A DNA stretch of 63,054 bases from Pseudomonadales bacterium (GCA_029246605.1 JAQWMV010000278.1:1-63054), one strand, 5' to 3'. Numbered from the stretch's first letter, positions 1 through 9,565 are shown. Notes: a model not told the origin generated them from the letters alone. Numbers and translations are program-made.

Positions 1-54
1 CTCGAATTCCATAAGAAACTCTATCCCCAATGGGTGATTATAGAGTGATAGCCA

Positions 55-993
55 ATGACAACGTTCACAACTTTTAAAAAGGACGCGTTAGCGCGTTACC
101 TCATCATGTTTGGCCTGGGAGATCTACACGCCTTCACAGCAATTGCTAAAGGCATAGAAAACTCCAACTATTTCGTCACTCTGGATCAGCATGATGAAAA
201 GTCAGAGTACGTTCTATCGATCATTGAAGGGCTGACTTTTGACGAAATGCCATTTTTTAATCGCATTCTGCAGCATCTATTTTATTATGGACTTCCCGTA
301 CCAGCACCGAGGCACACTCTGGATGGCATGAGTTCCACCATTTTCTGTGGTAAGCCAACGTTTTTGTTCCCAAAACTTCCTGGCTCACATCTAACAGAGG
401 TCGGTATTGAGCAGTGCACCGCAATCGGTAAAGTACTCGCTGACATCCACACCACGCTCGCAACTGAGGCACTTCATCGTGACAATCCTTTTTCACCGGA
501 CTGGATGGAAGACACCCTACAGACAGTGGCGAAACGGGTAACAACAGACGAACTCACTTTACTCACTCGAATCGCGGGCGAGTACGAAGCAGCGCAAGAC
601 CTAGATTTACCCAAAGGTGTCATTCACGGTGACCTATTTCGTGACAACGTGCTCTTTGAAGGCGGTGAGGTAACTGGAATACTCGATTTTTTTCACGCCT
701 GTGATGATTTTTTGGTTCAGGACATTGCCATTACAATCAATGACTGGTGCCGAGATGAAGATGGTGACAGATGCACCGATCGACGCCTCGCATTGATCGA
801 TGGATACTGCAGCAAGCGTGAGCTGACCCCCACAGAATTTGAATACCTAATGATGTTTGAAAAGTTTTCAGCCGCAAGGTTTGCGTTAACCCGTTTCATT
901 TCTGGTGAGCCTGGAGAATACCTGAAAGATCCCAAGGAATTTTTAAGCCTCACTCGCCAACTTGACGAACAAACCCAATCTGTCGTCAGCTAG
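55..993 (+). CDS. thrB: Homoserine kinase, type II (APH-fold ThrB as in Pseudomonas)
   Basis: 312 aa. It has the aminoglycoside-phosphotransferase-like catalytic motif 'VIHGDLFRDNVLF' and 'GILDFFHAC'. The N-terminus is typical of the ThrB type II family. Confidence 0.75.
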   Translation: MTTFTTFKKDALARYLIMFGLGDLHAFTAIAKGIENSNYFVTLDQHDEKSEYVLSIIEGLTFDEMPFFNRILQHLFYYGLPVPAPRHTLDGMSSTIFCGKPTFLFPKLPGSHLTEVGIEQCTAIGKVLADIHTTLATEALHRDNPFSPDWMEDTLQTVAKRVTTDELTLLTRIAGEYEAAQDLDLPKGVIHGDLFRDNVLFEGGEVTGILDFFHACDDFLVQDIAITINDWCRDEDGDRCTDRRLALIDGYCSKRELTPTEFEYLMMFEKFSAARFALTRFISGEPGEYLKDPKEFLSLTRQLDEQTQSVVS

Positions 994-1004
994 ACCTCCA
1001 GCGA

Positions 1005-1964
1005 TCAGGTCAGGTAAAAGATACCAAACCTATTGTTGTTATCGGTCCAGAAATGATACTGAGTGAATCCGGCATCCAATGCCATATAGAGAAACTCTTC
1101 TTTCGTGTATTTATGTGAATTCTCAGTATGAATCTTCTCGCCTGCCTTAAAGGAAATTGACGTGTCAGCAATTTGGACTTTCTGCTCTTGTAGGCTAGTG
1201 AGATACATCGCGACACAGCCTTTTTCTGGTTCATAGACCGCTGAGTGAACAAAATTCTTGAGGTCGAAGTCGGCATCAAATTTTTCATTCAGGTGAGTTA
1301 AAACATGAAGGTTGAACTTCTCAGTGATGCCATTGCTATCATTGTATGCTGCGTTTAACACAGCAATGTCTTTTTTTAGATCAACACCTACTAACATACC
1401 ACCTTCGTCACCGACCAAACGCCGCGCCCGACCCAGAAAAGCCCTGGCCTCAATCCGTCCAAAATTACCAATACTGGAGCCTGGGAAAAAAGCGACTCGT
1501 CTTGCGTCCATCGTAAAAGGCAGCTCAAAGTCTTCGGTAAAATCCAGGCAGGTAGCATGTACTTCAAGCCAGGGGAACTCCGAGGCCAATGCACCAGCTG
1601 CCGCACCCAGGTACTCTTTAGAAATATCCAGCGGTGCATATGCCCTTGGCCGTAAACTCTCCAGAAGAATACGAATTTTTTCACTGCTGCCACTGCCATA
1701 TTCAATCAGTAGACAATTTTCGCCCATCAAATCAGCCATCTCATCAGCATATTCCCGCAACAGCGAGATCTCTGTCCTGGTCAGGTAGTACTCCGGCTGG
1801 CGAGTAATTTCCATAAATAATTCAGAGCCCATTTCGTCGTAGAAAAACTTTGGCGAAATCATTTTTTGTGGGCGTTGCAATCCCAAGGTTACCTCATTTC
1901 GGGTATCTTCCAATACGGTGTTGATATCATAAAAGAAAAGTGAAGATTGACTGGGCACTGGCAT
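1005..1964 (-). CDS. egtD: L-histidine N-alpha-methyltransferase (ergothioneine biosynthesis EgtD)
   Basis: 319 aa SAM methyltransferase with 'LIEYGSGSSEKIRILL' and 'YAPLDISKEYL'. The stop of egtB lies 3 nt upstream of its start. Confidence 0.75.
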   Translation of the reverse strand: MPVPSQSSLFFYDINTVLEDTRNEVTLGLQRPQKMISPKFFYDEMGSELFMEITRQPEYYLTRTEISLLREYADEMADLMGENCLLIEYGSGSSEKIRILLESLRPRAYAPLDISKEYLGAAAGALASEFPWLEVHATCLDFTEDFELPFTMDARRVAFFPGSSIGNFGRIEARAFLGRARRLVGDEGGMLVGVDLKKDIAVLNAAYNDSNGITEKFNLHVLTHLNEKFDADFDLKNFVHSAVYEPEKGCVAMYLTSLQEQKVQIADTSISFKAGEKIHTENSHKYTKEEFLYMALDAGFTQYHFWTDNNNRFGIFYLT

Positions 1965-1967
1965 TGC

Positions 1968-3215
1968 TTACACGTCATTGGCAAGACGAATGCCAGTAAA
2001 CTGCCACCGATCTGCCGGATAGAAGAAATTTCGGTAACTGGGTCGAATATGCGACCGCGGCGTCACGCAGGAGCCTCCGCGCAGTACCAACTGATTGGCC
2101 ATAAACTTCCCATTGTATTCACCGAGTTGTCCTTGGAAAGATTTGAATCCAGGATAAGGCGAGTAGCTGCTTTGAGTCCACTCCCACAGGTTGCCAAACA
2201 TACCACTCAGTTCGCCAGTGTCAGCGGCCAGAGGATGAAAAAAACCGTCCTCCACAAAAACACCCGTTTGCTCCTGGCTGTTCGCAGCCACCTCCCATTC
2301 CATTTCTGTAGGCAATCTTGCGCCCTTCCACCTGGCAAAGGCATCGGCCTCATATCCACTCACGTGGCAAACAGGTTCCAGAGGATTTACGGGAGCAAGC
2401 CCAGCCAGGGTATACACGAAGTATTCGCTCTGTCGCTGTTGCCAATAAAGTGGCGCATAGTGTTTTTCTTCACTACGTTGCAAAGCCCATGCATCAGCCA
2501 ACCACAACTCCGGCCTTTGATATCCACCATCTTCCATGAACTCGATAAATTCGGCATTCGTAACCAGCCGATTAGACAGACAAAAGTCCCTGATGAGGAC
2601 ATCGTGGCATGGTGACTCGTTGTCAAAAGCAAACCCATCGCCCGCATTCACTCCGATTTGATAAATGCCTCCAGAAAACTCCTGAAAATTAAGCGTCTGG
2701 GGTTGTACATCCGGGACCGGCTTTCCTTGTTGATACATCGGCGATAGTGGATTGTGGCCAAGGTTGTACTTGAGATCAGTAAACAATAGTTCCTGATGCT
2801 GTTGCTCGTGGTGCAAGCCAAGAGTAGTTCGAAAACTGACTTCGGGGGATATTTTGCCAACCAGGAGCGATTCCATATGTCGATCAACATACGCACGATA
2901 ATCAAAGATGTCGGCTACGGTAGGTCGAGAAAGCAAGCCACGTTTTGCTCTCGGATGCTGTTCGCCAACGCCATTGTAGTAAGAATTAAATATCACTTCG
3001 TACGCAATGGAAAAAGGCTGATATCCAGGCAAAAATGGTTTCAAGACAAACGTTTCAAAAAACCAGGTGACATGGGCCAGATGCCATTTTGGTGGACTGG
3101 CATCCGGCATGGGTTGAACCAAGTAGTCTTCGACTTCAAGCGGTTGACAGATACGAACAGATTGTTTCCGCACTGACTCGTACTGGTTACAAATGCCAAC
3201 TTGCATCTGGTTCAC
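1968..3215 (-). CDS. egtB: Hercynine/cysteine sulfoxide synthase EgtB (DinB-like plus FGE-sulfatase domains)
   Basis: 415 aa. It has the DinB-type metal motif 'LGLHHEQQHQELL' and a C-terminal FGE-sulfatase-like region ('GNLWEWTQS', 'RGGSCVT'). Confidence 0.75.
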   Translation of the reverse strand: MNQMQVGICNQYESVRKQSVRICQPLEVEDYLVQPMPDASPPKWHLAHVTWFFETFVLKPFLPGYQPFSIAYEVIFNSYYNGVGEQHPRAKRGLLSRPTVADIFDYRAYVDRHMESLLVGKISPEVSFRTTLGLHHEQQHQELLFTDLKYNLGHNPLSPMYQQGKPVPDVQPQTLNFQEFSGGIYQIGVNAGDGFAFDNESPCHDVLIRDFCLSNRLVTNAEFIEFMEDGGYQRPELWLADAWALQRSEEKHYAPLYWQQRQSEYFVYTLAGLAPVNPLEPVCHVSGYEADAFARWKGARLPTEMEWEVAANSQEQTGVFVEDGFFHPLAADTGELSGMFGNLWEWTQSSYSPYPGFKSFQGQLGEYNGKFMANQLVLRGGSCVTPRSHIRPSYRNFFYPADRWQFTGIRLANDV

Positions 3216-3299
3216 TTATTTAGCCCTGAATTTTAATAGCATTCTAGGTGAACAGTAGAGCGATAACCAGCCTCGAATACTAACAATAATACTATGGCG

Positions 3300-3920
3300 C
3301 TAATCAAATGTGCTGACGATGGCGCGGATATTCTGGGGTTGGTGTGGCGACCGGATAAATCCCGCATATTTTCCCTCAGGATTAATGACGATAATATTTG
3401 CACTATGGTCTACTGAATACGTACTAGGTTCCCGTCCAGGTACTTTGCCAAAGGCCACATTTACCTGCGTAGCTAAACCAATAAGATTATCGAACGTTCC
3501 TGTGTATCCTCTAAATTCTGGATCGAAACTCTTAATGTACCTTGCAAGTACTTGTGGTGAATCTCGTTCAGGGTCTACGCTCACTAATATTACCTGCGGC
3601 CTAATGTCAGTGTCTGCCAACGCGTTGCTAAGAACCGCCAGTGTCGTTGGGCAGACATCGGGGCAATAAGTAAAGCCAAAGAAAAGTAGCGACCAGCGAT
3701 TTTTCAGCGAAGAATGGCCAACCGGATTTTCCTCGTGGTCTATAAGCTCAAAATCACTTAGCGGTCGTGGTGACTCGAACCGATAATATCCAAGGGACTG
3801 CAATTGTTCCTGGGATGGTTCACGAGTAACGATATTGGCAAACAGCGCACCCAACACCAGACAGATGAACGCTACTATCCACAACAAGGTGCGGCGAATA
3901 CTGTTATCCATCAATTTCAA
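3300..3920 (-). CDS. SCO1/SenC family copper chaperone for cytochrome oxidase
   Basis: 206 aa with an N-terminal TM anchor, a thioredoxin-fold 'FGFTYCPDVCPTTL' CxxxC motif and a downstream 'VDHS' His ligand. It is the last gene of the cox assembly operon. Confidence 0.8.
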   Translation of the reverse strand: MKLMDNSIRRTLLWIVAFICLVLGALFANIVTREPSQEQLQSLGYYRFESPRPLSDFELIDHEENPVGHSSLKNRWSLLFFGFTYCPDVCPTTLAVLSNALADTDIRPQVILVSVDPERDSPQVLARYIKSFDPEFRGYTGTFDNLIGLATQVNVAFGKVPGREPSTYSVDHSANIIVINPEGKYAGFIRSPHQPQNIRAIVSTFD

Positions 3921-4871
3921 TCATGAGACAAGATACGTCACAGGCATCAGGTAATGATCAAGCAATAACGCGATAAAAAGGGCCATTAGATAGACTATCG
4001 AATAGCGAAACGTTTCCATTGGGGCTTTTCTATTGTGACCAACCAGTAAGACCACACTCCAATAAAGAAACCCTGCGCCTAGTGCTATCGCACAAATGAA
4101 ATACAATAGATTGCTCATACCAATGAGGTAGGGCAGGAAGGTCGTTAGAATAAGGATGATGGTATACAACAAGATATGCATCTTGGTGTATTGCTCACCG
4201 TGAGTGACCGGTAGCATGGGAATGTCGACTTCCCGGTACTCATCTATACGATCAATCGCCAAAGCCCAAAAATGTGGTGGTGTCCAGGCAAATATAATCA
4301 GGACCAGAATCAACCCTCCACCATCAATACTGCCAGTGACCGCTGTCCAGCCAAACAATGGCGGTGCCGCCCCAAACAGCCCACCGATCACTATGTTTTG
4401 TGGGGTCGCTCGTTTAAGAAACATGGTGTAAATCACCCCGTATCCAATCCAGGAGGCCAGATTCAACCAGGCTGTTACAGGATTAATAAGCCCATATAAG
4501 ATCACGAACCCGGAAATGCCCGTCACAGCAACAAAAACACCACCCTGAAGATTGCTGATCCGGTCCTGTGCAATAGGTCGATTGCAAGTTCTGGCCATTC
4601 TTGCGTCGATGGATGAATCGAGCAGATGGTTAAGTGCTGCAGCAGAGCCTGCTACAAGCGCAACACCGAGATTTCCAAACACCAGTATCTGCCATGCAAC
4701 CATGCCGGTGGTTGCCAGAAACATCCCCACAAGCGTACAGAGCAACATGAGCAGCACAACTCTCGGCTTACAGATTTCCAGATAGTCACGCCACGGGGTG
4801 GGGATTGTTAAACTTATATCAGACACAATCGCTTCAACGGATTTGAGGGCAGGAGAGTTTACCGGATTCAA
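3921..4871 (-). CDS. ctaB: Protoheme IX farnesyltransferase (heme O synthase)
   Basis: 316 aa polytopic UbiA-superfamily protein ('LNHLLDSSIDARMARTCNRPI', 'PPHFWALA'). Confidence 0.85.
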   Translation of the reverse strand: MNPVNSPALKSVEAIVSDISLTIPTPWRDYLEICKPRVVLLMLLCTLVGMFLATTGMVAWQILVFGNLGVALVAGSAAALNHLLDSSIDARMARTCNRPIAQDRISNLQGGVFVAVTGISGFVILYGLINPVTAWLNLASWIGYGVIYTMFLKRATPQNIVIGGLFGAAPPLFGWTAVTGSIDGGGLILVLIIFAWTPPHFWALAIDRIDEYREVDIPMLPVTHGEQYTKMHILLYTIILILTTFLPYLIGMSNLLYFICAIALGAGFLYWSVVLLVGHNRKAPMETFRYSIVYLMALFIALLLDHYLMPVTYLVS

Positions 4872-5416
4872 CCAATTCTTGAAATCCGTAAAAGGTGGCG
4901 CAAATCCTCCATTAACGGTTTGCCTACCTTGTCCGGTGGAAAATACATCATGATATTGCCCAGTGGATCGATCAAAAACACCATATTATCGACTTCCGCT
5001 GTGATCTTGAGGAGCCGTTCAACAGATTCCGCGTCAACGAGTACGAGCAGAGACCTGTGTTCATTTTGAATCAAATCCATAAACGTCGTCGATAACTCAC
5101 GACGGGAAAGTGTCGCGCGGTGCACCCGTGCCGCATCCTTACCCAGCGCTATTCGCGCCTGTCTCGTCAAATATAATGTTTGTTCACAAACCTCAGCACA
5201 ATCTTCTTTAACAACCTGTATCAATGACCATTGCTTCGCCGCTGAGCGTAAAAATTCTATCTGAACCGGGGGATAAACCAACGTCCCCTGGTTCTTAGTA
5301 CTATCCGGGGTCTGATCCATCTGGAAACCTAGAAACGTAATGCCAGCAATAACAAATGGCAGTATCGCTATGCCAAGAATCGCCAGCAGTTCGCATCGTC
5401 CTGCACGTTTAGACAC
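4868..5416 (-). CDS. Membrane-anchored hypothetical protein of the cox cluster, SCO-like thioredoxin-fold candidate
   Basis: 182 aa with one N-terminal TM helix. 'WSLIQVVKEDCAEVCEQTL' parallels SCO1 'WSLLFFGFTYCPDVCPTTL'. It overlaps both flanking genes, which suggests translational coupling. Confidence 0.5.
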   Translation of the reverse strand: MSKRAGRCELLAILGIAILPFVIAGITFLGFQMDQTPDSTKNQGTLVYPPVQIEFLRSAAKQWSLIQVVKEDCAEVCEQTLYLTRQARIALGKDAARVHRATLSRRELSTTFMDLIQNEHRSLLVLVDAESVERLLKITAEVDNMVFLIDPLGNIMMYFPPDKVGKPLMEDLRHLLRISRIG

Positions 5417-6095
5417 TACTCACCACCCTTCGTCTTATACAAAAACAACTATATGCAATCGCAATCGCTGCTGCCATCAAAAACCACTGTATCGCATAGG
5501 CCCGATGTTTTTCCGGCAGTATGGTCGTTACTGGCCAATTTCGCGGCAGTGCATTTAGATCCGATTCACGCAAGCGAACGACCCATGGATAGGCAAGCTG
5601 ATTGGCCACCAAGACTTGCGGCTGCTGAGTTTGCACAATGGGGCCGGCTGTCGCCTGGGGATGACCTGCTAGAAACGGTGCCGATGGGTGGTAAACATGA
5701 CCGTAAAGAAACTTTGATTCCACAAGAGCAGGGATCTTGGGTTTGTCTTCACGGTCACGGCCCATGGGAACAAAACCTCGATTTATAAGTACACGCTTGG
5801 CGGTAGATTCCTCAAAAAACACATTCAGTACCTCAAACCCGACCACACCCTTCAGTATTCTATTGTCGAGTAGAAACAAACTTTCTGGATCATAGTGCCC
5901 ATGCAGTTGTATTGGGGTACCTGTCACCATTTCATCATCTGGCGCTTGCCAGGGGGAGGTAGCAAGTGCCTGTTGATCTGCTATCAAGACTAGCTTCTCT
6001 TCATAGCGACTGAGTTGCCAAAATCCAAGATAGACAAAGATCGTCAAAAAGCCCACTGAAAAGAGTGTCATCGGCCAGTTAAAAATAAAATGCAT
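5409..6095 (-). CDS. SURF1 family cytochrome oxidase biogenesis protein
   Basis: 228 aa with N- and C-terminal TM helices. It has 'LGFWQLSRYEEK' and 'HRAYAIQWF', both typical of SURF1/Shy1. Confidence 0.75.
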   Translation of the reverse strand: MHFIFNWPMTLFSVGFLTIFVYLGFWQLSRYEEKLVLIADQQALATSPWQAPDDEMVTGTPIQLHGHYDPESLFLLDNRILKGVVGFEVLNVFFEESTAKRVLINRGFVPMGRDREDKPKIPALVESKFLYGHVYHPSAPFLAGHPQATAGPIVQTQQPQVLVANQLAYPWVVRLRESDLNALPRNWPVTTILPEKHRAYAIQWFLMAAAIAIAYSCFCIRRRVVSSV

Positions 6096-6165
6096 TTAAT
6101 CGTTAATCGCGTAACAATGTCGCATGCGAATTCTTAAGCGACATTGGTCGTAGTAGAGAGGATAT

Positions 6166-6387
6166 TTGTTAAAAGTAACCATCATCATTCTATTCATTGC
6201 CAACCTCGTGGCGCTGGGCACTGCGTTCTATACGCTACTCGTTGATCAAGGCAGGGGTGGCAAGCGAACAGCGAATCTATTGTTACTTCGCGTATCACTG
6301 GCTGCGCTACTAATGATAGTTGTAATCTACGGATTCTGGAGCGGACAACTTTCACTATCTGCCCCGTGGTCGCGGGCGTCCAGTTAA
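6166..6387 (+). CDS. Twin-TM-helix small protein (DUF2909-like), common in cox clusters
   Basis: 73 aa with two hydrophobic helices separated by 'DQGRGGKRTANLLLLRV'. It uses a TTG start and lies on the strand opposite the surrounding cox genes. Confidence 0.5.
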   Translation: MLKVTIIILFIANLVALGTAFYTLLVDQGRGGKRTANLLLLRVSLAALLMIVVIYGFWSGQLSLSAPWSRASS

Positions 6388-6512
6388 TAGTTGTCCTGAA
6401 ATTAAAGACCGTACCTCATGATTTCTGATAACCAATTGATTTTTATATCAATTCTTTTGCAATGCCGCATCAGTTTGCCTCGAATAACTGAACGCCGGAC
6501 GGAATCGATTGG

Positions 6513-7415
6513 TCAGCCTCCGAGCACATAAACAAAAATAAACAGTGCAATCCAAACAACATCGACAAAGTGCCAATACCACGCCGCGGCTTCAAATCCG
6601 AAGCAGTTATCATCTGTAAAGTGGCCCTTTAGCGCACGAAACAACATGATTAACAACATGAAGGTACCCAGCGTGACATGCGCACCGTGGAACCCCGTTA
6701 GCATAAAGAAGGTCGTGCCATAGATCCCGGAACCTAACGTCAAACCCAGATCATTATAGGCATGCACGTACTCATATCCTTGAACGAACAAAAAGATGAG
6801 ACCCAATGTGACAGTCACCGTCAGCCACTGAATGATCCTCTTTCGATTGCCTTCCTTAATTGCGTGGTGTGCAAAACTCACTGTGAAACTGGAGGTAACC
6901 AGGAGCAACGTATTTACCAGCGGCAACCCCATTGCTGGAATGACCCCACTTGCACCAGGAAACCGCTCCGGATCCGGCGTATTCAACAACGGCCAGTGCG
7001 GTTCATAGTTAGGCCACAACATGCCACTTGGACCACGATCCCCAACACCCCCAATCCAATCAACCACGAATACCCGAACATAAAACAGGGCACCAAAAAA
7101 AGCCGCGAAGAACATGACTTCCGAAAAAATGAACCAACTCATACCCCAAACATATGACCGATTCATCTGATTGCTATATAACTGTTTATAATTTTCCTCT
7201 ATGACTTTGGAAAACCAGAAAAACAGGGTCAACCCCATCACCAGACCACCTAATATCAAGGTCACCATACCGAAGGCGGAATCAACTCCAGCACTCAGGT
7301 CGTTGAGGATATGCCCTATACCAAAGACAGTCAGGAAAATTCCAATGGAAGCAAATATTGGTAATTTGCTGCTGTGTGGAACGTAATAGGGTTCGTAGGC
7401 ACTATCGGTCATCAT
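6513..7415 (-). CDS. coxC: Cytochrome c oxidase subunit III
   Basis: 300 aa with 7 TM helices and 'GFHGAHVTLGT...WYWHFVDVVW'. Confidence 0.9.
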   Translation of the reverse strand: MMTDSAYEPYYVPHSSKLPIFASIGIFLTVFGIGHILNDLSAGVDSAFGMVTLILGGLVMGLTLFFWFSKVIEENYKQLYSNQMNRSYVWGMSWFIFSEVMFFAAFFGALFYVRVFVVDWIGGVGDRGPSGMLWPNYEPHWPLLNTPDPERFPGASGVIPAMGLPLVNTLLLVTSSFTVSFAHHAIKEGNRKRIIQWLTVTVTLGLIFLFVQGYEYVHAYNDLGLTLGSGIYGTTFFMLTGFHGAHVTLGTFMLLIMLFRALKGHFTDDNCFGFEAAAWYWHFVDVVWIALFIFVYVLGG

Positions 7416-7425
7416 CGTCTCCGTA

Positions 7426-7962
7426 TCATCTCGCTACCGCGAGAGCTTCTTGCGAAACATTAAAAAGTGTATAAGACAACGTTAGCGTGGTTACGTCTGC
7501 TGGCAATTCATTATCGACAATGAAACGCAACGGCATGTCTAAAGCCTCCCCCTCGGCCAATTGTTGTTGTTCAAAACAAAAACATTCAGTTTTGTGCAGA
7601 TAAGAAGCGGCATGAAACGGACTAACGCTGGGCACTGCCTGTGCAGTTATTGTCCGGGCAACAGGATTTCTGACAAAAAACTCCGCCGTGTTTACTTCCC
7701 CAGGATGTACCCGCATCGAACGTTGTTTGGGTCGGAACTCAGCAGGCATACCAGCATTATTGTTAGTAATAAACTGCACCGTAACCCAACGATCCTTGTC
7801 TATTTCAGGTGCTTTTTCCGAAACATATTGGCCAGCAGTCTTGCCATTAAATCCAGTAACAGCACATAAAACATCATAGAGCGGCACCAGAAGAAAACCG
7901 AATGCGAACATAAACACTGCCGTGCCGAGTAAACGCACAGCAGTTTTTGTATTGTCCGTCAT
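7426..7962 (-). CDS. ctaG: Cytochrome c oxidase assembly protein CtaG/Cox11
   Basis: It has one TM helix and the copper-binding 'CFCFEQQ' motif. The start is placed at 'MTDNTK'; the longer ORF to 7992 only adds the repeat-derived 'MRMVKMRMVN'. Confidence 0.8.
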   Translation of the reverse strand: MTDNTKTAVRLLGTAVFMFAFGFLLVPLYDVLCAVTGFNGKTAGQYVSEKAPEIDKDRWVTVQFITNNNAGMPAEFRPKQRSMRVHPGEVNTAEFFVRNPVARTITAQAVPSVSPFHAASYLHKTECFCFEQQQLAEGEALDMPLRFIVDNELPADVTTLTLSYTLFNVSQEALAVAR

Positions 7963-7963
7963 A

Positions 7964-7993
7964 TTAACCATGCGCATCTTAACCATGCGCATC
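7964..7993. repeat. Perfect 15-bp tandem duplication (TTAACCATGCGCATC x2) spanning the coxA stop codon
   Basis: Read directly: 7964-7978 and 7979-7993 are identical. On the minus strand this reads GATGCGCATGGTTAA twice (…D A H G stop). Confidence 0.9.
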
Positions 7994-9565
7994 GTTCAAA
8001 TCAGACGGTGGTGTAGCAAATGTATGGTAGGGAGCTGGCGACGGAAGTGTCCATTCCAAACCATGCGCACCTTCCCAGACCTGCTCTGTAGCCTTCTCAC
8101 CACCGCGAATTGTTTTGATGATGATAAACAGAAACAACAACTGACTAAAACCAAACAAAAATGCACCACAGCTGGAGATCATATTGAAATCTGCAAATTG
8201 TAATGCGTAATCAGGAATTCGTCGTGGCATACCTGCCAGCCCAGAAAAGTGTTGGGGGAAAAAGGTAATGTTAATACCAATAAATGACAGCCAAAAGTGC
8301 GTCTTACCTAAAGCCTCGTCATACATATTGCCAGTCCACTTTGGCAACCAGTAGTACACCGCGGCCATCACTGAAAACACTGAGCCAGGTACTAAAACAT
8401 AGTGAAAATGCGCGACCACAAAATAGGTATCGTGATATTGGAAATCCGCTGGGACAATCGACAGCATAAGACCTGAGAGGCCACCAATCGTAAACAACAC
8501 GACAAACGCGATGGCAAACAGCATCGGGGTTTCAAAGGTCATTGATCCCTGCCACATCGTTGCCACCCAGTTGAATACTTTCACGCCCGTTGGCACCGCG
8601 ATCAACATCGTCGCATACATAAAATAAAGTTCACCGGCAATTGGGATACCTACCGTAAACATGTGGTGTGCCCAAACGATGAACGACAAAAAGGCAATAG
8701 ACGATGTGGCGTAAACCATAGATTCGTAACCAAACAGGCGCTTTCTCGCAAAGGTTGGAATAATCGCAGACACAACACCGAACGCTGGTAATATCATGAT
8801 GTAAACTTCTGGGTGACCGAAAAACCAAAAAATATGCTGAAACAATACGGGATCACCACCACCACCAGCACTAAAAAACGCTGTGTTGAAATGGATATCC
8901 ATCAGCATCATCGTGACTACTCCAGCAAGCACAGGCATCACCGCAATCAATAAATAAGCCGTGATCAGCCAGGTCCACACGAAAAGCGGCATCTTCATCA
9001 ACGTCATGCCAGGTGCTCGCAAATTGAGTATAGTGACAATAATATTGATTGATCCCATGATGGAAGATATACCCATCATATGGACACCGAAGATAAAGAA
9101 AGTTGTACTCGGTGGTCCGAAATCTGTTGATAAAGGTGCGTAGAACGTCCATCCAAAATTGGGCGCACCACCTTCCATAAACAGACTGGATAGCAAAAGG
9201 CCAAAGGCAAACGGCAAAATCCAGAAGCTGAAATTATTCATTCTCGGCATTGCCATATCTGGCGCACCGACCATCATTGGAATCAACCAGTTTGCAAGAC
9301 CAACAAATGCAGGCATAACCGCGCCAAAGACCATGATTAGACCGTGCATTGTGGTCATCTGATTAAAAGACTCGGGCTGCACCAGCTGTAGTCCGGGCTG
9401 AAACAACTCTGAACGAATTATTAATGCCATAACACCACCGGTCAAAAACATCAAAAAACTAAACCAGAGGTACAGGGTTCCGATATCTTTATGATTGGTA
9501 GTAACTACCCAGCGCATAAGGCCTTTATCTGGACCATGCGAGTCATGTGGATGTTCTGTAATCAC
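7979..9565 (-). CDS. coxA: Cytochrome c oxidase subunit I (aa3-type)
   Basis: 528 aa with 'WFFGHPEVYI' and 'HHMF', and 12 TM helices. Confidence 0.95.
   Translation of the reverse strand: MITEHPHDSHGPDKGLMRWVVTTNHKDIGTLYLWFSFLMFLTGGVMALIIRSELFQPGLQLVQPESFNQMTTMHGLIMVFGAVMPAFVGLANWLIPMMVGAPDMAMPRMNNFSFWILPFAFGLLLSSLFMEGGAPNFGWTFYAPLSTDFGPPSTTFFIFGVHMMGISSIMGSINIIVTILNLRAPGMTLMKMPLFVWTWLITAYLLIAVMPVLAGVVTMMLMDIHFNTAFFSAGGGGDPVLFQHIFWFFGHPEVYIMILPAFGVVSAIIPTFARKRLFGYESMVYATSSIAFLSFIVWAHHMFTVGIPIAGELYFMYATMLIAVPTGVKVFNWVATMWQGSMTFETPMLFAIAFVVLFTIGGLSGLMLSIVPADFQYHDTYFVVAHFHYVLVPGSVFSVMAAVYYWLPKWTGNMYDEALGKTHFWLSFIGINITFFPQHFSGLAGMPRRIPDYALQFADFNMISSCGAFLFGFSQLLFLFIIIKTIRGGEKATEQVWEGAHGLEWTLPSPAPYHTFATPPSDLNDAHG

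Noticed and set aside
2350-2370. Other CACGTG cores (about 2355, about 50795 and about 50675), examined as possible additional parS sites.
   Set aside because: Their flanking bases do not match TGTTN...NAACA, with at most 2-3 of 10 flank positions matching.
1312-2615. Long ORFs antisense to egtD and egtB (for example 1312..1788 + and 1947..2615 +). Similar antisense ORFs occur elsewhere, including 17833..18309 -, 42834..43220 -, 44765..45328 - and 57314..57919 -.
   Set aside because: They lie entirely inside well-supported genes on the opposite strand. Their composition is low-complexity (Ser/Arg/Pro-rich) and they have no recognisable motifs. These are typical shadow ORFs.
7963-7992. N-terminal extension 'MRMVKMRMVN' of CtaG in the ORF track.
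   Set aside because: It is generated by the 15-bp tandem duplication of the coxA stop region. The conserved CtaG sequence starts at 'MTDNTK'.
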